A stretch of DNA of 64,000 nucleotides from Alloascoidea hylecoeti (Eukaryota): the NCBI GenBank assembly GCA_001600815.1, contig BCKZ01000007.1, positions 792,059-856,058 of the forward strand, written 5' to 3'. Below, in pieces: positions 35,660 to 50,056 of the stretch. Below the pieces are notes generated by a model. That model ran no database searches. It was not told where the DNA came from and saw only the letters and a program-made list of their open reading frames with translations. A program made the translations under genes and the position numbers. Each line of letters starts with the position of its first letter. The stretch's first letter is position 1.

Positions 35660-37930
35660 TTAATCTAGTTCATCAACTTGTACATCTGGAAGAGTTACAT
35701 CACCTTCAGCATCTTTAACAGGTTCGGAATCTTTTTTTTTTACATCTTCTTCAGTGGTAGCTTTCTCAGCAGCTAACTTCTCAGCAGCTGCTTTTTCAGC
35801 GGCTAATTTTTCAGCGGCTGCTTTTTCAATCGCTTGTTTTTCAGCCAATTTTTTAGCAATTTCAGCATCTCTTATCTTTTGAGCAGCTTGTCTTTCTTCT
35901 TCTTGTTTTGCTAAATATCTACCTTTAATAACATTACCAATTGAAGCTAATTCTTCATATTTTGCAATATATTGAGATTTTGTTGTATCATAACCATCTT
36001 CATATAACCAATCTTCAGCATCTAATAATAATTTTCGTAATTTATCTTTTTCTTCTTCAGAAGCAAATTGACTGTACTGATCTTCGATTTTACTTCTTAA
36101 AGAATAAATATATTCTTCCAAAGCATTTTTTCGATGTTCAGTTTCTGCAACTAATTTATCTTGACTAATTAATTCTAATTCTTTTTCAATTAATTCATTT
36201 CGAGTTTTATCATCAACACCATTATGAGTATGAATAAGTTTAAGATCAGTTTTTTTGACCCATCGTTTAACTGTTTTAGTTTTTGGAATTATTTCTTCAG
36301 GTTTTTCTTCATCATTTTCTGTTTCCTTTTTAGTTTCTATTTCTGTTTCCTTTTCTGATTTATTATTTTCAACAGGTTTTTCAGGTTCCTCAATTGGTTC
36401 TTCAAAAGTTTCTTGAGCAGAAATGAAAGCACTCTCAGCTGAATATAATCCACTTGGATCTTGTCTAAGTTTAATCTTAACAACATATTCTTGATCCTTT
36501 TCATCATCACCTAAAGATTTTGTATAATCACTAACACCAACAATACTCCATTTTCCAATCCATTTATTAATACCTTTTTGTAAATGTTCAGGATTTGAAT
36601 AAAAAGCTTCAATATCGAAATCATTCCGTCTATATAAAGTAATAAATTTTGTACTTGGATAATTTGTATTTTCAGGGAAAATTTCGAAATGATCAGTATT
36701 TTCACCTTCAATTTTTTCCCAATTAAGACTAACAGCATTTAAATTGATATCTTCAATTTTTAAAGGTCTCACTCTTAAAGTTGGTGAATGAATTGCACAT
36801 GTAAAAGCAGCACCTCTTGCAATTGCTTCATCTTGATTTAAAGTAAAAGAAAGATTTTTATTAAAAATTTCAGATAATTTTGTTTTAATTGATGGCACTC
36901 TTGAAGTACCACCAATAACTTCAACAACTTCAATTTTATCAGAAGTTAAACCAGCAGATGTTAAAGCTTGTTGAATTGGTAAATGAATACGATTTAATAA
37001 AGGCTGGATTAATTCTTCTAATTCTTCTCTTTTCAGTATTGTTGAAACATCAACATCATTCATTATTGATTCAATATTAATTGGAGCAGAAGTATTTGCA
37101 GATAAAACTTTTTTTGCCTTTTCAGCAGCTACTAAAGCTCTTGCATAAGCTTTTGGATTTGATCTGATATCTAAACGATATTTATCTTTAAAAATATCAG
37201 CTATATGTTCAGTTATTGCTATGTCAATATCTCTACCACCAAAATGTTTATCAAAAGCAGAACTTAAAATTTTCAATTCACCTTTTTTAACAGAAGCGAT
37301 TGAAACAGTATAAGAAGAATGACCAAGGTCAACAAAAGAGACAATTCTTGGTTTTTCTTCAGGTATATCTGATTTGAAAACAGAATAACCAACTGCTGCA
37401 GCAGTAACATCATTAATAATTCTAACAGGATTTAAGCCAGCGATTTTAACTGAATCAGCGATAGCTCTTCTTTGATTGTCAGTGAACCAAACTGGAACAG
37501 CAAGGACAGTATCATCCACTGGACCTTTAACTTCAACTTTTGTGATTTCTTTTAGTTTATTTAAATACATTGCCAATAATTGAGTAGCAGTAAAAGTATG
37601 TGTTTCACCATCGATATAAACCACATTAACAGCGACGGAACCATTAAGATTTATTAATTTTGTATTTAAATATTTTTGTTCAATTTGTACATCAGGATCA
37701 TCAAAAGATTTACCAATTAATCTTTTTAAAGACCCAATTGTATTTTTCAGATTTGAAATTTCTTGAGTTTTAGCAGATTCACCAATATATCTGTTTTTAG
37801 GGCCAAAAGCAACCAGAGAAGGAGTTGATCTGTTTGATACCTCGTTAACGATAACATCTATACCTCTGTTACGAGCAACAGCCAGAACGGAGGTTAAATT
37901 TCCAAGATCTATACCTAAAGGAACACTCAT
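35660..37930 (-). CDS. SSE1: Hsp110 chaperone/nucleotide exchange factor
   Basis: MSVPLGIDLG...VARNRGIDVIVNEVSNRSTPSLV, TLNQDEAIARGAA, KNALEEYIY; AAEK repeats near the C-terminus. Confidence 0.96.
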   Translation of the reverse strand: MSVPLGIDLGNLTSVLAVARNRGIDVIVNEVSNRSTPSLVAFGPKNRYIGESAKTQEISNLKNTIGSLKRLIGKSFDDPDVQIEQKYLNTKLINLNGSVAVNVVYIDGETHTFTATQLLAMYLNKLKEITKVEVKGPVDDTVLAVPVWFTDNQRRAIADSVKIAGLNPVRIINDVTAAAVGYSVFKSDIPEEKPRIVSFVDLGHSSYTVSIASVKKGELKILSSAFDKHFGGRDIDIAITEHIADIFKDKYRLDIRSNPKAYARALVAAEKAKKVLSANTSAPINIESIMNDVDVSTILKREELEELIQPLLNRIHLPIQQALTSAGLTSDKIEVVEVIGGTSRVPSIKTKLSEIFNKNLSFTLNQDEAIARGAAFTCAIHSPTLRVRPLKIEDINLNAVSLNWEKIEGENTDHFEIFPENTNYPSTKFITLYRRNDFDIEAFYSNPEHLQKGINKWIGKWSIVGVSDYTKSLGDDEKDQEYVVKIKLRQDPSGLYSAESAFISAQETFEEPIEEPEKPVENNKSEKETEIETKKETENDEEKPEEIIPKTKTVKRWVKKTDLKLIHTHNGVDDKTRNELIEKELELISQDKLVAETEHRKNALEEYIYSLRSKIEDQYSQFASEEEKDKLRKLLLDAEDWLYEDGYDTTKSQYIAKYEELASIGNVIKGRYLAKQEEERQAAQKIRDAEIAKKLAEKQAIEKAAAEKLAAEKAAAEKLAAEKATTEEDVKKKDSEPVKDAEGDVTLPDVQVDELD

Positions 37931-38017
37931 TTTTTTCAATAATTTTTCGGTGATATTGTTCAGTTTAGTCTGACGAAGTACTTTTGATGGTTTATATACT
38001 CAAAATTGAAAAGTGCT

Positions 38018-38027
38018 GGAAGCTTCC
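38018..38027. promoter_or_regulatory. Heat-shock-element-like nGAAnnTTCn in the SSE1/IRA divergent promoter
   Basis: GGAAGCTTCC about 90 bp upstream of SSE1; a further TTCTAGA lies at ~38068. Confidence 0.45.
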
Positions 38028-38193
38028 ATTACGTAAAATGTTATATAATATGCATCGACCCGCATTTTTCTAGATGTTTCCACCGTCTTCCTTTTGGTTA
38101 CATAAGCGTTTACGTAAACATTCCCAGAAAACAGATCTCAAAAAGTGTACCGAGGTGAAATAAGGTCCGTCAGTGTTGAAGTTGACTATAAAT

Positions 38194-41100
38194 ATGGGAT
38201 ATTCTGCTGAAAGAACAGCAGCAATTGGTATGGACAATAACAACATTATCCCCAAGTTGCACGTGCAGCTGAAAAACCTGCTCCCAATCGAATCAGGTGA
38301 CTCCGTCCAGGAAGTCGAGTCGCACCCGATCTTTCGGTCCACGAAATCCTCGCTGTTGCGGCTGTCGGACCGGGCAGGTTTGGTTTCCGATGTTCTTTCC
38401 GTTGGCGTCCTCCTATTGGACCATATCCAGAAGGTACGTGATTACCAATTGATTAGGTAGGAAACACATACCTAACCTCCATCTTTTTATCTTCACAGCA
38501 CGATCACCACTCTAAAGTAAAAGACAAAAATGTTTACTCCATATCTTCGCTCCTAATCGTAACTAAACTCATATCTCAGTGCATAGAGGTATCATGGTCT
38601 TCTTTAGAACTGTCTCAAAACTTGGGTCATATAGCTAAAACAAGAGTACCCATCTATTTCGCCCAATCCGGATATCTCAAACCTGTTTTGTCAATCTATA
38701 AGTCCACTCCAGATCCAATTGATACTACCTTATTCCAGCTTCTATTTAATCATATCTTAAACTTAAGATCTCAAGATGAAATACAATCAGCCATGCGGAA
38801 CTTCACTAATCATTCTGTCTGTATCCATAAAGATGTTGATATGGAGATCTTTCCTTATAGAATACAAATTCAAGAAATTGATGATTATTGTTCAAATATA
38901 ATTAGATACCTATCCGTTTCTAATTGGAATGACTTATATCATGTTTTATTTGATCAATTAAATATCTTAAGTGTTAATTCAAATAATACTTCTGATATAA
39001 TTCCTTATATTGATTATTTATCATATTTAAATCTTAATACTTCATCATTACCAACTCTTTTTCACGATTTATCCATTTTTTTAAAATTTTCAAAATCTAT
39101 TAAAAATAAATTATATAGAGCTTTAGTTTTATCCTTTTTATCAAATAGTATTGAATATTGGTTTGATTCAAATCCCAAAAAATTATATGAATTAACAATT
39201 AATAGTTCTTTATTATCAACTGAATCAACTACTTTATTTGAATCTATTTATACTATTATCTTCATATCTTTCAATAACAATTCAATTTCTGATCAGTTAA
39301 ATACTGATACGAATGCATATTCACTGGTCATTCTAAGATTTTTATCTTTACTTGTGTGTTTTACTCCACCAATTTTTGATAAGTGTTTATCAGCATATTC
39401 ATTACCTACAGCTGGTACATCAATGGCTGGAAGATTCCTTTCGAATTTAACACCAACTATAACGGCAACTACAACCGCTGATTCTAAAAAAATAAAATTA
39501 TTACATTTTTTAAAATCTCAATTATCAGAAATTGCAAATAATGGTACAATAATTTCATATTTAAAATTAATTTCTATTACAAATATTGGTATAATATCTT
39601 CTTATTTATATGAATTTGATTCAAATTTATCAATTATAAAGTTTTTTATATCATTAAAAAATGATTTTGAATTAATTTTTAATAATAAAAATAGTGATCT
39701 ATCAACAAATACAATTCGTTTATATTGTCAAGTATTTACAACTTATTCAACTATATTACCAAATTATATTAAGTTAATTTTAAATAATCATTTACAACAA
39801 CAACAACAATCAATTTTAAAATTCAAAAATGATAATGATCATGAAAATCAATATATAATTTGTTATATATCCACTGCATTAAGAGTAATTGCTGAAATAC
39901 CATCATTACGTTATTTTTATAATTCTTGTTTAAATGAAAATTCAAAAGATTTAAGATTTTTAATTTCAAAACATTCAAAGTTATTATTAAAATTCAGAGC
40001 GGCAAATTCATTGAGACTGAAACCTTCAGAAAAAACTACCACTAATTCAGAATCTGTTGGTCTTCCTATTTTAACTAATGCTTTTTATGCCTTTATTCCA
40101 AATCCTTTAGCTTTTTTTGAAGGATTTGAAAATGAAGATGGCAAAGAAAATGATACTGAAATTATCGATTTAAAAAAAGTAATTGCTAATAAAAATGATA
40201 TTGATTCTCTTATTACTTGTTTAGTGGATATTGATCCAGATATCGTCAAAAGTTCAACCCAGTATATTAATGTCTTTTATAATTTAATTAATTCATTAAA
40301 TACAAAAAAATTAAATCAAATAATGTTAATTTATACAACGTCTGGTTATATAATAAATTCATTATCAACTATAATTTTTGAAAATGATAATTTATCAGAT
40401 GAAAAATTAATTGAAATTTTAAAATTAATAAATAAGAGTTTTAAAACAAGATCGATTATATCATCAAAATTTAATATTAAGTCAAATTTTAAAAATAATG
40501 ATATATTAATTTTAGAAAATTTCAATAAAAGACAAGAAATGTATAATAAATTTGAATCAATTTTTTTATTATGTTTATGTTTACCAAATTTAGAAATTTT
40601 TAAAAATTCAATAAATTCTTTATATTTTGCATTAGAAGATTCAACATTATCATCAAATAATAATAATAAAAATTCATGTCCTTTATTATTTAATATTGAA
40701 ATTTATAAAGATTTATGTCCTGATTCTTTTATAATAACTGGTCAAGTTGCATTACAAAAAAAAATTAGATCAACTGTTATACAATTTATTATACCAACTG
40801 ATGGTATTAAAAATTCATGGTTAGAAATAAATAAACGTTTTAAACTTTTAAAATGGGATAATAAATCAAGTTTAAATTTAAATAAAATAAAATCAAATTA
40901 TGCTGGAATGTTAACAAGTTTATGTGATTGTATTTTATTAAATTCTTTAAATGATAAATTTTCAATTGATTTAAATAAAAATGATTTAATACCTGAAATT
41001 GAATTTTTTTTAAATAATATTGTTCAATTATTAGCATCTTCAAATATTTTTATAAGTAATGGCGCAAAAGATGTTTTATCAAAAGAATTTAGTTTTCATG

Positions 41101-44100
41101 CATTACCTTATATTTTTAAATCAATTCAATCATTAATTGAAAGAATAACAACTCCTAACAAAAACATTGTTAATGATCTTACACAAGAAGTCATATTTAG
41201 AACAATTGATCAAATTTTATCATTAATTAGTTCAACAATTTCACGTTGCTCACAAACAAGATCTAAATTAATAACTAATATTTTAACATCGCTTATTTTG
41301 ATTCTCAAATATTTAGATGGTTTATCTGATTATTCAATTGATGTTTTAAAATTAAAAATTGGTACATGTAAAGCTTTATATATCTTATCAATTAATAGAG
41401 ATATAATTCAATTAAAAGCAAGTCAATTTGAAAAATCACTTGCAATTAATACTTTATTAAGATGGTTTGATAAATCAACTTTTTATAATGTTAATGATTT
41501 AGAAACTTCATCTTTTTTAAATTCAATTTCATCATTACAACATTTACAATATGAAAGAAGATTAAATGAATTGGACTATTTATTAGTTGATTTATCACTT
41601 GAATCAATTAAAGCTGTTTCGTCTATTTCAAAAGATGCTGTAATTCAAGTTTTACAGAATGAGTCTGATTCTGAAGAGAATTATTTACAAGCAAAATCTG
41701 CCAAATTTGGTATTATTTTTGTTTTATTATTACGTGGGTTAGAAAAATATGAAGGGTATTCAACTTCAAATTCACATTCACATTCAAATTCCAATTTAAA
41801 TATTAATGAAGTTACTTCAATTATTTCAAACGTTAATGGGAATAATTCAAGCCGTTCAAGTTTTATAACACGAACAAATTCAATGCCATATTCGTACCAA
41901 AATTCTAATTCCAATTCTAAATCTATTTTAAATAATATTGTTTTTAGAAGTCCACAATCTCAAAAATCAACTTTAATCTCAAAATTTATTGTAAAAACTT
42001 TAACAAATACACTTACTTTTAATTCAGATGTTGGTTTGAAATTTTGTTTACCTGTTGGCTATCATAAAAATAATAAAATTAGATCTGATGTATTAAAAGT
42101 TTTTGCAAATATTATACAACAAGGTGCAATATCAAATAAATTACAAAATAATAATGATAATGAATATTATTATTTATTAATGGAATTTTTACTTGATAAT
42201 TTAACATTTTGTATTGAAATTTGTTCAAAATGTCCTGCTACTGAAATAGATGAATTAGCAACCTCTTTATTAGATTTATATGAAACACAAAAGAAAGGAT
42301 TAATCTTATTAAAAGCATTGGTTTCAAAAGAAATTTCAAACTCAAATAAAGTTGTTGATTTGTTGAGAAGAAATAGTGTTGCAACAAAAATGTTATCATT
42401 ATATGCCAAAAAATATGGTAATTTTTATTTGGAAAATACTTTGACTCCATTAATTAAATTAATTATTGATAATCCTGATAAATATGTATTTGAATTAAAT
42501 TCAGATAAATTAATGACATTGAGTTCACTATCAAATAATGATTTAAATTCTTTTACAATTGAAAATGTTGAAAAATTTATAACTATTTTAACTATTTTTA
42601 TAAAAAAATTTAAAAATTCATTGGATATTATGCCATCACATTTTAAAGATATTTGTCAGACAATTCATGATTCAGTTGCTTTAAGATTTCCTGAAGCTGC
42701 AATTACATCAGTTGGCTCATTCATATTTTTAAGATTTTTATGTCCTGTAATTGTGGCGCCAACATCAGAAGGTTTGGATAAAAATCCACCACAAAGAGAA
42801 GTTAGAAGATCTTTATTATTACTAGCAAAAGTTATTCAAAATATGGCTAATGGAACAATGTATGCTCTAAAATTACCTTTATTATCTGATAGAATGAATG
42901 ATTTAAATAAATTAAATGAAGACATCATTAAATTTTTAAAAGATTCTACGATATGCGGTACATCAGAATTAAAAGAAACTTCTGTATCATCATCAACAAC
43001 ATCTAAAAATAATGATCATAATAATATTAAAGTTTTAATTGAAAAGAAACATTTGTTTTTCATCCATGAATATTTATATAACCATTGGGATGATATTAAT
43101 GCATCATCAAATTCTAAAAATAAGAAACACAATAATAATGGAAATATTTCATTTGGTTATCATACTGGTGAACCTAGGCAAACAAAAACTTATGATTATA
43201 ATACAATTTTGACTATGGCAAATAATTCGACCTCTTCAGATATTTCCGACATCAAAATCCCAAATACAGCTTATCAACAGGTGGAATATCTTCTTGAAGC
43301 AATTGGAAAACCAAAAGTTCATACATCTCTTGATAATGATATCACATCTGCAGTTATAATTAATGATGTACTCGATGAAAAAGAAAAATTGTTAAACGAA
43401 TTTATGACTAAAGTATCAGGAAAGGATTTTGGTCCAATATTAGAGAAACAATTAATCCACGAGGGAATTGGAATTGATGGGAAGTTGTTTTTAATTGTAT
43501 CATGGGGGATGTTTGATTCTAATACTGCTTCTAATTCAGACTTGTTAGTATATCGGATTTTTAAGGTATTACTGTTATTACGTGGGAATCCATTCTCTAT
43601 CTTTTTTGACTGCTCTGGTTTTAATAAGAAAAATGTATCAAGAGATTTTATCAGCAAATTTCGATACTTATGCCCATTATCATTAGTTGAAAAAGCAACT
43701 GATTGTTGTTGCTATAACGTTTCATCAGAATTTATTTCATTAATGTCTGAACCACTAACCGAAGGTCACGGTGGTTTTATTTTTAATCCTTTTAAAGTCC
43801 CACATCAATTTTATAACTCTTATAATGATAATGAAGATTTACCCTTTGGAGTATGTAATAAAACCAGAAATATTATAAATGATGGTCGGATTAATTTTAC
43901 TGATGTATCTGTTTACAATAGCACCAATAAACAGTTTGAAATGGCTGAAGTAACGGTTGGACAAGAATATGTTCAAATACATTTACACCAACCTGTTTCA
44001 TTACCATCAGAAAGTAATATTAATGATAGTGCTCACTGTATCAACACTTTGGATGTTTACCATGCAACCGATCTTACTCATTCTTATTTATCAAGTGATG

Positions 44101-46661
44101 TTATTGATACTAATACATCTGCAGATGATAATGAATTCACAATTGGACTTGACACTGGGTCTGAGAATATCATTCTTACTAGCCCTATAAAAGCTGATAT
44201 TGTTCGTAGTATAAATTCAACTATTCAAAGATATATTGATCATTCATCTACAGCTTCTTTAAATGACAATGTCTTTCATTCTATCAATGATATTATCTGC
44301 ATTCTTCATAATTTGATTTATTCTGCGATTTGTGCTGAAGATCCAGATGTCAGAACTGCAGGATACAATCTAGCTTATGTTGTTGAAAAAACCTTTAATT
44401 CTAATGATGATGAAGTTTTCGTCGTTCCAACAAGAGATAGTTTATTTGTACCAAAAAATAATATACTTTATATGCATAATCTTTCTAAGAATTTAGTTAA
44501 ATCCTTTCCAAATTTAACCTATGGTTTTATTAAAGGTTTCTTTGAAGCATATAAATTAACTTATCCAAATAGAAAAGATCAAATTATATTATATGTTGCT
44601 CCTTGGATTCATCATATTTATTCACATGTTTTTTTAAATAATGATGAAGGAAAAGGTTCAAGAAGAACAAAATATTTAATCAGGGAATTTTTAAAAATTT
44701 CATTCTTATCGAAATCTCATATTGCAATGTTTCATGAATATATTTGGGAACCAATATGTGAAACAGAAGAATTAACTAGTATAGTTGTTAGTGAAGTTAT
44801 TAGCTCTGCTATTGATAAAAGAAATGATGGTGGTAATTGTGAAGAAGTTATTTCAATCCTTTCTTCATGTCAATCTTATAGTTATTGTGAACAGATTATA
44901 AAAAGACTTATAAATCTTTCAAGTGTTCCAATTGAAGAAAAAAGTGAAGCAAAAGCTTTAGCTCATACACAATCAAGTTGGGCTGAAATTATTGTTTTAA
45001 TTAAAGCTCTTCTTACCCTATCTTTTGATTCATTGGAAATTTGTAAATCATTTTTCCCAGAAATGATTTATGTTGGAACAATTTTTCTTAATAAAGGTCC
45101 AAGAGATGTCAGAGATTCAATACAAAAATTAATTATAAATTCTTTTCAGGTTTTACAAAAAGATGAATCTTTAGATACAATTTCAAGAGCTAGATTATCT
45201 ACAGTATCAGATAAATTCACTGGTCAAAGAGCAAATTTATTATTTGGATTAAATAAAATGGACAGTAATTATAATGACAATAGTAATAATAGTAATTATA
45301 GTAGTGATGATAATTATGTTGATAATCAAATATTTCATACGGTCACAACAATTGAAACAGTTGAAAAATTCACTGGTTATTTCTTTGAATGTATTGATTT
45401 AGTTGGAAAGGATGAAAAACAATCAGAAGAATGGAAAGAAAAAATATTTTCGATGGTAATTAATACTGCTTTTAAAGAAAATTCAACGTTTAGGTCAAGA
45501 GCGTTTTTGGTGATGGGTATTTTATCTAAGTTAATGGAGTGTGATGTAGAACAACTTGTTTCTAAAGTAGCACAATACTGGTTGAAATCAACAGATCCTG
45601 ACTTAGTATCAGATCCTTTAACTATAGATTTGAATATCTGTATAATTGAGTGCCTTAAACATCTTGTCTATGGGTTATCATCAGATTCATATTGGTTAGG
45701 TAAATTATTTTGGCTTGGGATTATAGGAGTTGAAATGTTCCAATCAAATATATTCATTTCTGGAACAAAATTAGCTATGGCAAGTTTAGAATGCATGCAT
45801 GAATGTGGAAGGTTTTCAGATGGTGAATTAATTAAAGTTTTAACTAATGAAAGAGAAATTGGTGGAGAATGTTTGGAAAGGATGGAGACAGTGGTTGGTA
45901 TTAGATATTCCCCAGGGATGTTTGATAACTACATTAGAGCCAATTTATTAAAAGGGTTATTATATAGACCTACAAGAGCTGTAACAATGGATGCATTAGC
46001 AAGAATAATGTCAATTGAAGTGAAAAATCTAAAAATATATAAACAAACGCACCTATCCGTTGAACATCAATATCAAGTATTCCCTGTTTTATATCTTGAT
46101 TGCTTACAACTTTTTGCAACTGATAATGAAGAAGTATATCGATATGCTAGTATTTTGGAAAAGAAACCTGTGTTGATGGGTATTGGCTATGGACAACAAA
46201 CTCCAAGAGCAATATTTGAAATGTTTGGAGATGATAATGAATATGCTATTGTTTCTGGTTTTATAGAATTATCAATCCATACATTTGGAATGAATGATGG
46301 ATATGTTTTACAAAGGTTTTTGGGATGGTTAGTTCATAGTCCAAATATACCAATTAAATTTATTGTTATTGCATTCATGCATAAGAAATTTGAAGAGATT
46401 TTAGAAAAATCGACTTCATTATCTACGATTTTAACACTTCAAGAAGCAATATGTCAAATCACAACACATCCGGATTATAAAAGAGAATTACATCCAATTT
46501 ATCTTAAACAAATTGTTAGTGTATGTGAAAAGTATGGATTTCTAAATCTTCGAATGGGTGTTTTTACAGATCATGATAGTGATCCTGAAGAATTGAGAGA
46601 ACAATTTCGATCACTTAAAGGCATGTTAGCAAGAGCTTTGGGAAATGAAACTTCTTTTTAA
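38194..46661 (+). CDS. IRA2: Neurofibromin-like RasGAP (about 2800 aa); exon1 38194..38433, intron 38434..38498
   Basis: LKNLLPIESG N-terminus, GTACGT...CCTAAC...CAG intron in frame with the 2679-aa ORF; LLRRNS arginine finger and FLRFLCPVIVAP RasGAP signature. Start could also be ATG 38230; IRA1/IRA2 co-orthologue. Confidence 0.93.
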
Positions 46662-47563
46662 TTGATAATTGTTCTAGATTTATTTAAGCAGTATAAGTAG
46701 TTATAAAACTTTATATTCATTCCTATTATGATCGAGGATAATTATATAAGTAAGTTTCGAATATAATTAATATTATCCGGATTCAATTGAAAACTCAATA
46801 ACCAATTTTAGTATTTATTCGGAATTTTATACTTGAATATAAAGAATATAAGGGGATTAATATTTTTTTCCAATTAATATTAGTTTAACACACTATATAT
46901 AATGCCTCAATATATATGTGATTCCCAAGTACGAACCAGAAAGGTGTTTAATACAAACATTATATTATACATTTTTATTTGACAGAACTATTTTTCATGT
47001 CGTTTCAGCTGAGGTTTATGTGCTATATGCAGAACTATGCACATATACAATTTAATACCATCTCTCATGTTAACGGCTTCAAACGGCTACTTAAATACCA
47101 AATTTAAATGTATAACATTTTAATATTATTAATTACTTTTAACGATAATGTTAACCACAACTTCAATAATTGTATGAGAATGTACAATACACATAAATAA
47201 TCAGAATAAATTTAATAGGTTTATTTATAGGATAAATGAAAAATGGATAAATGGATATAATGCATTATTTTTTTAGGGTTATTCTAATTAGTAGTAATAG
47301 GTAACGTTAACATATAATTTTTATTGTAGAACTTATAATATAATATAACATATAAACTAAACGTATATAACATGTATAAAAAGTAATATAAATGTAAATG
47401 AGATAAAAGTACAATATTAATAAGTTTATCGTTGCAAAAATGATGATATGAGTGAATGTGGATATGGATTGATTTTTAAATGGTTATTGCAATTGCAACA
47501 ATGAAAAACAAAAAAATCAAAAAAATCAAAGAAAAATACATAATATAATAATAAGAATGATAT

Positions 47564-49837
47564 CTAATTTGTTATAATTTCTGGTGTGGAATCTAGAACC
47601 AAACCTGCTCTATCAATAGTATATCTTCGACAAAATCTAATGTCATTAGGAGCCTGTGGTAAATTAGAATTTAAATTTGATGAAAGGGATGAAAAAATTG
47701 ATCCTAATGATCTACCTCTTGCTCTTCCCATAGGTTTTTTTGAGGTACTATTATAACTGTTTATTGGTTTATTTTTTTCTTGTTGTACTATTGAAAATGG
47801 AATAGAATTTGATTTGATTATTGGTCTATCTACCCAAGATGAATTAAAATGAAGTTTAGGTATGCATTGTTCAGCATAATGTAAAAGTTTCGTAACACTA
47901 TATGGTTTCTTTTTTGGTGTCCATTTTACATCATCATATGGAAAAATCATACCAATTAATGGTGATGTAGTTGAAGTACTTGAACTAGTTGGGTTTGTAG
48001 TAGCCATGTGTGGTGAAGTAGACGATGGAGTAGATGTAGAGTTAAATGATGGCATAGTAATACCATCTGAATGAATAGCTGTAACATCAATATGTTGAGG
48101 TTCATCATCAAGTTCAAAGATATCATTGGCATCATAATCTTCATCATTTTCATTGTCATTCTCATTATCATTTTCTTCTTCGTCATCGTCCTCAATTTCA
48201 TTTTCAGATTCATTTGATATACATCGCGATTGTTCCTGGGTATATTCATCCGTTGTATTTCTACTTATAATTTCACCTATTTCATCTAAACCTTCATCAG
48301 ATCCGGTTATAGAACTATTAGTATCACGACTTGTTGAAAGAGGGTCATCACTAAGAAGACTAGTGGTTGAATGAGATTCATTAATTACCAGAGCATCATT
48401 GTTCAACATCAAAGAAGGAACTCGAAACTCAGAAGAGGATCTCTCTCTATTTGATGAAGAAACTACTATTTCTTCTGGTGTTAAAGGTGGGGTTATTAAC
48501 GTATTCAAATCTGATGATATTCCTAAGCCTAGTTTATTTCCAACTTTAGGAGTAGTAGTTAAGTCTGACAATGCAGGCCGTTGACGTATCTCAGGAGTTC
48601 CCAAAACTAAAGGAGCACCATTACTTCGTAACTTCAATTTTAAAGTGGATAGTGTTGATTTTAAAGATGGAGTAGGAGGAGCGGCGTATCTTGAATTTTC
48701 TTGAAATTGATTTTTAACCCAGTCTCCAATACTTGAACCACGACTCCTTAATCTATTAATAGAAGTCATATGTTTAAGCGTGTTACCATTTGAATTTGAA
48801 TTTGAATTTGAATGGTTATGTCTGTGTCTATGACGACGACGATCATTATTTGAGCCCCTTGTTCCATCTCTTCTTCGACGTCTTCTACTACGTCGTGGTA
48901 TAGTTGTATATTTTGGCATCTGTCGTTCATCTAATTCAAGAGCTACATCACGACCCATACAAAGACAAACGTACCAATGTATCAAGTCTGGTAAATATTG
49001 AAACGCAAGTAAAACTTGTTCACTTTCAAGTCTTAACCTTAAAACATATTCTTTTTTTTTATAATCTGAGGCTAAACCAATTGCAGCATACTGTAAAGTA
49101 TAAGATTTAAGTAGTGTTTTTGGTTTTATTTGATAGTTGTGAAGTAGTAATTCATTAATGTTTGTTGTTGTATTGCTAGCTAATGAAGTGCATGATGAAG
49201 AAGATAATTGAGAACTTGAAGGAGTATTTACACTAAGTGATGAAAATTTTGATAAAGTTGATAAATTTGAAGCAGCTCTTGCTCTGCGAAAACTTTTCTT
49301 CAAAAAAGAAGACGAATGCTGTTGTTTACCTAGATTCACTGTCGGACCGGAACCTTCGTATCCTGGTGTTAAACCTAAACTCTGTGCTATACTAGCATCT
49401 TCGGCTAGCGAGGTTTGGTTTGGAGATAAAAATGAGGAAGCTGATGAGTGAGAAGAAAGAAATGAAAGAGATGGTGATGATGACGGTGATGGTGAGAGCA
49501 TTTCAACCGAATAAAAGTTTAGTTGTGTATTATTTAGTTCAACCTGGCAAGATTTCCAATGTTTTTGAGAATCATGACAATTTTCAAAAGGAGATACCAT
49601 TTCAACCTTCATTTGCAGCATAGCCGATTTATAGATAGTCGGCGAGTATAACGGTAACTGTTCATTAGACTCCTCTTGCCTCGTAAATATAGGGAACTTT
49701 GGTGGTATTGGAGGTAAAGATTGGTAACAAGGTGGAAGTTCGGGATTCGTAGCGAAAAGAGATTTTTTACTCTGTTCGTTTTGATATTGTTTATAGTCTT
49801 GGAGAGTATTTGACAGCATCGGGGATAAAAATGGCAT
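47564..49837 (-). CDS. PH-domain protein, YHR131C/YNL144C-like
   Basis: EQLPLYSPTIYK...ELNNTQLNFY...SYTLQYAAIGLASDYKKKEYVLRLRLESEQ...LELDERQMPKYTTIPRRSRRR. Confidence 0.8.
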   Translation of the reverse strand: MPFLSPMLSNTLQDYKQYQNEQSKKSLFATNPELPPCYQSLPPIPPKFPIFTRQEESNEQLPLYSPTIYKSAMLQMKVEMVSPFENCHDSQKHWKSCQVELNNTQLNFYSVEMLSPSPSSSPSLSFLSSHSSASSFLSPNQTSLAEDASIAQSLGLTPGYEGSGPTVNLGKQQHSSSFLKKSFRRARAASNLSTLSKFSSLSVNTPSSSQLSSSSCTSLASNTTTNINELLLHNYQIKPKTLLKSYTLQYAAIGLASDYKKKEYVLRLRLESEQVLLAFQYLPDLIHWYVCLCMGRDVALELDERQMPKYTTIPRRSRRRRRRDGTRGSNNDRRRHRHRHNHSNSNSNSNGNTLKHMTSINRLRSRGSSIGDWVKNQFQENSRYAAPPTPSLKSTLSTLKLKLRSNGAPLVLGTPEIRQRPALSDLTTTPKVGNKLGLGISSDLNTLITPPLTPEEIVVSSSNRERSSSEFRVPSLMLNNDALVINESHSTTSLLSDDPLSTSRDTNSSITGSDEGLDEIGEIISRNTTDEYTQEQSRCISNESENEIEDDDEEENDNENDNENDEDYDANDIFELDDEPQHIDVTAIHSDGITMPSFNSTSTPSSTSPHMATTNPTSSSTSTTSPLIGMIFPYDDVKWTPKKKPYSVTKLLHYAEQCIPKLHFNSSWVDRPIIKSNSIPFSIVQQEKNKPINSYNSTSKKPMGRARGRSLGSIFSSLSSNLNSNLPQAPNDIRFCRRYTIDRAGLVLDSTPEIITN

Positions 49838-50056
49838 GCTGTTTGTGGGAGATTTGGTAGCGAAGGTGGGCTAAATTTGGAAATGAGGGCCGACGAAGAC
49901 AGACAGACCCAGATTGTTAGGTTAAAAAGGACCGTTGAGAGAAAAAAGGTTTGGGTCGGCTCTTCAAATGTATAAGGTAAGTGCTTACTCATCGCCCTTT
50001 TTCATTTACGCGAAACTGACGCGTTCTTCGTGTTCCTTTTCAGCAATTGTTCAACA

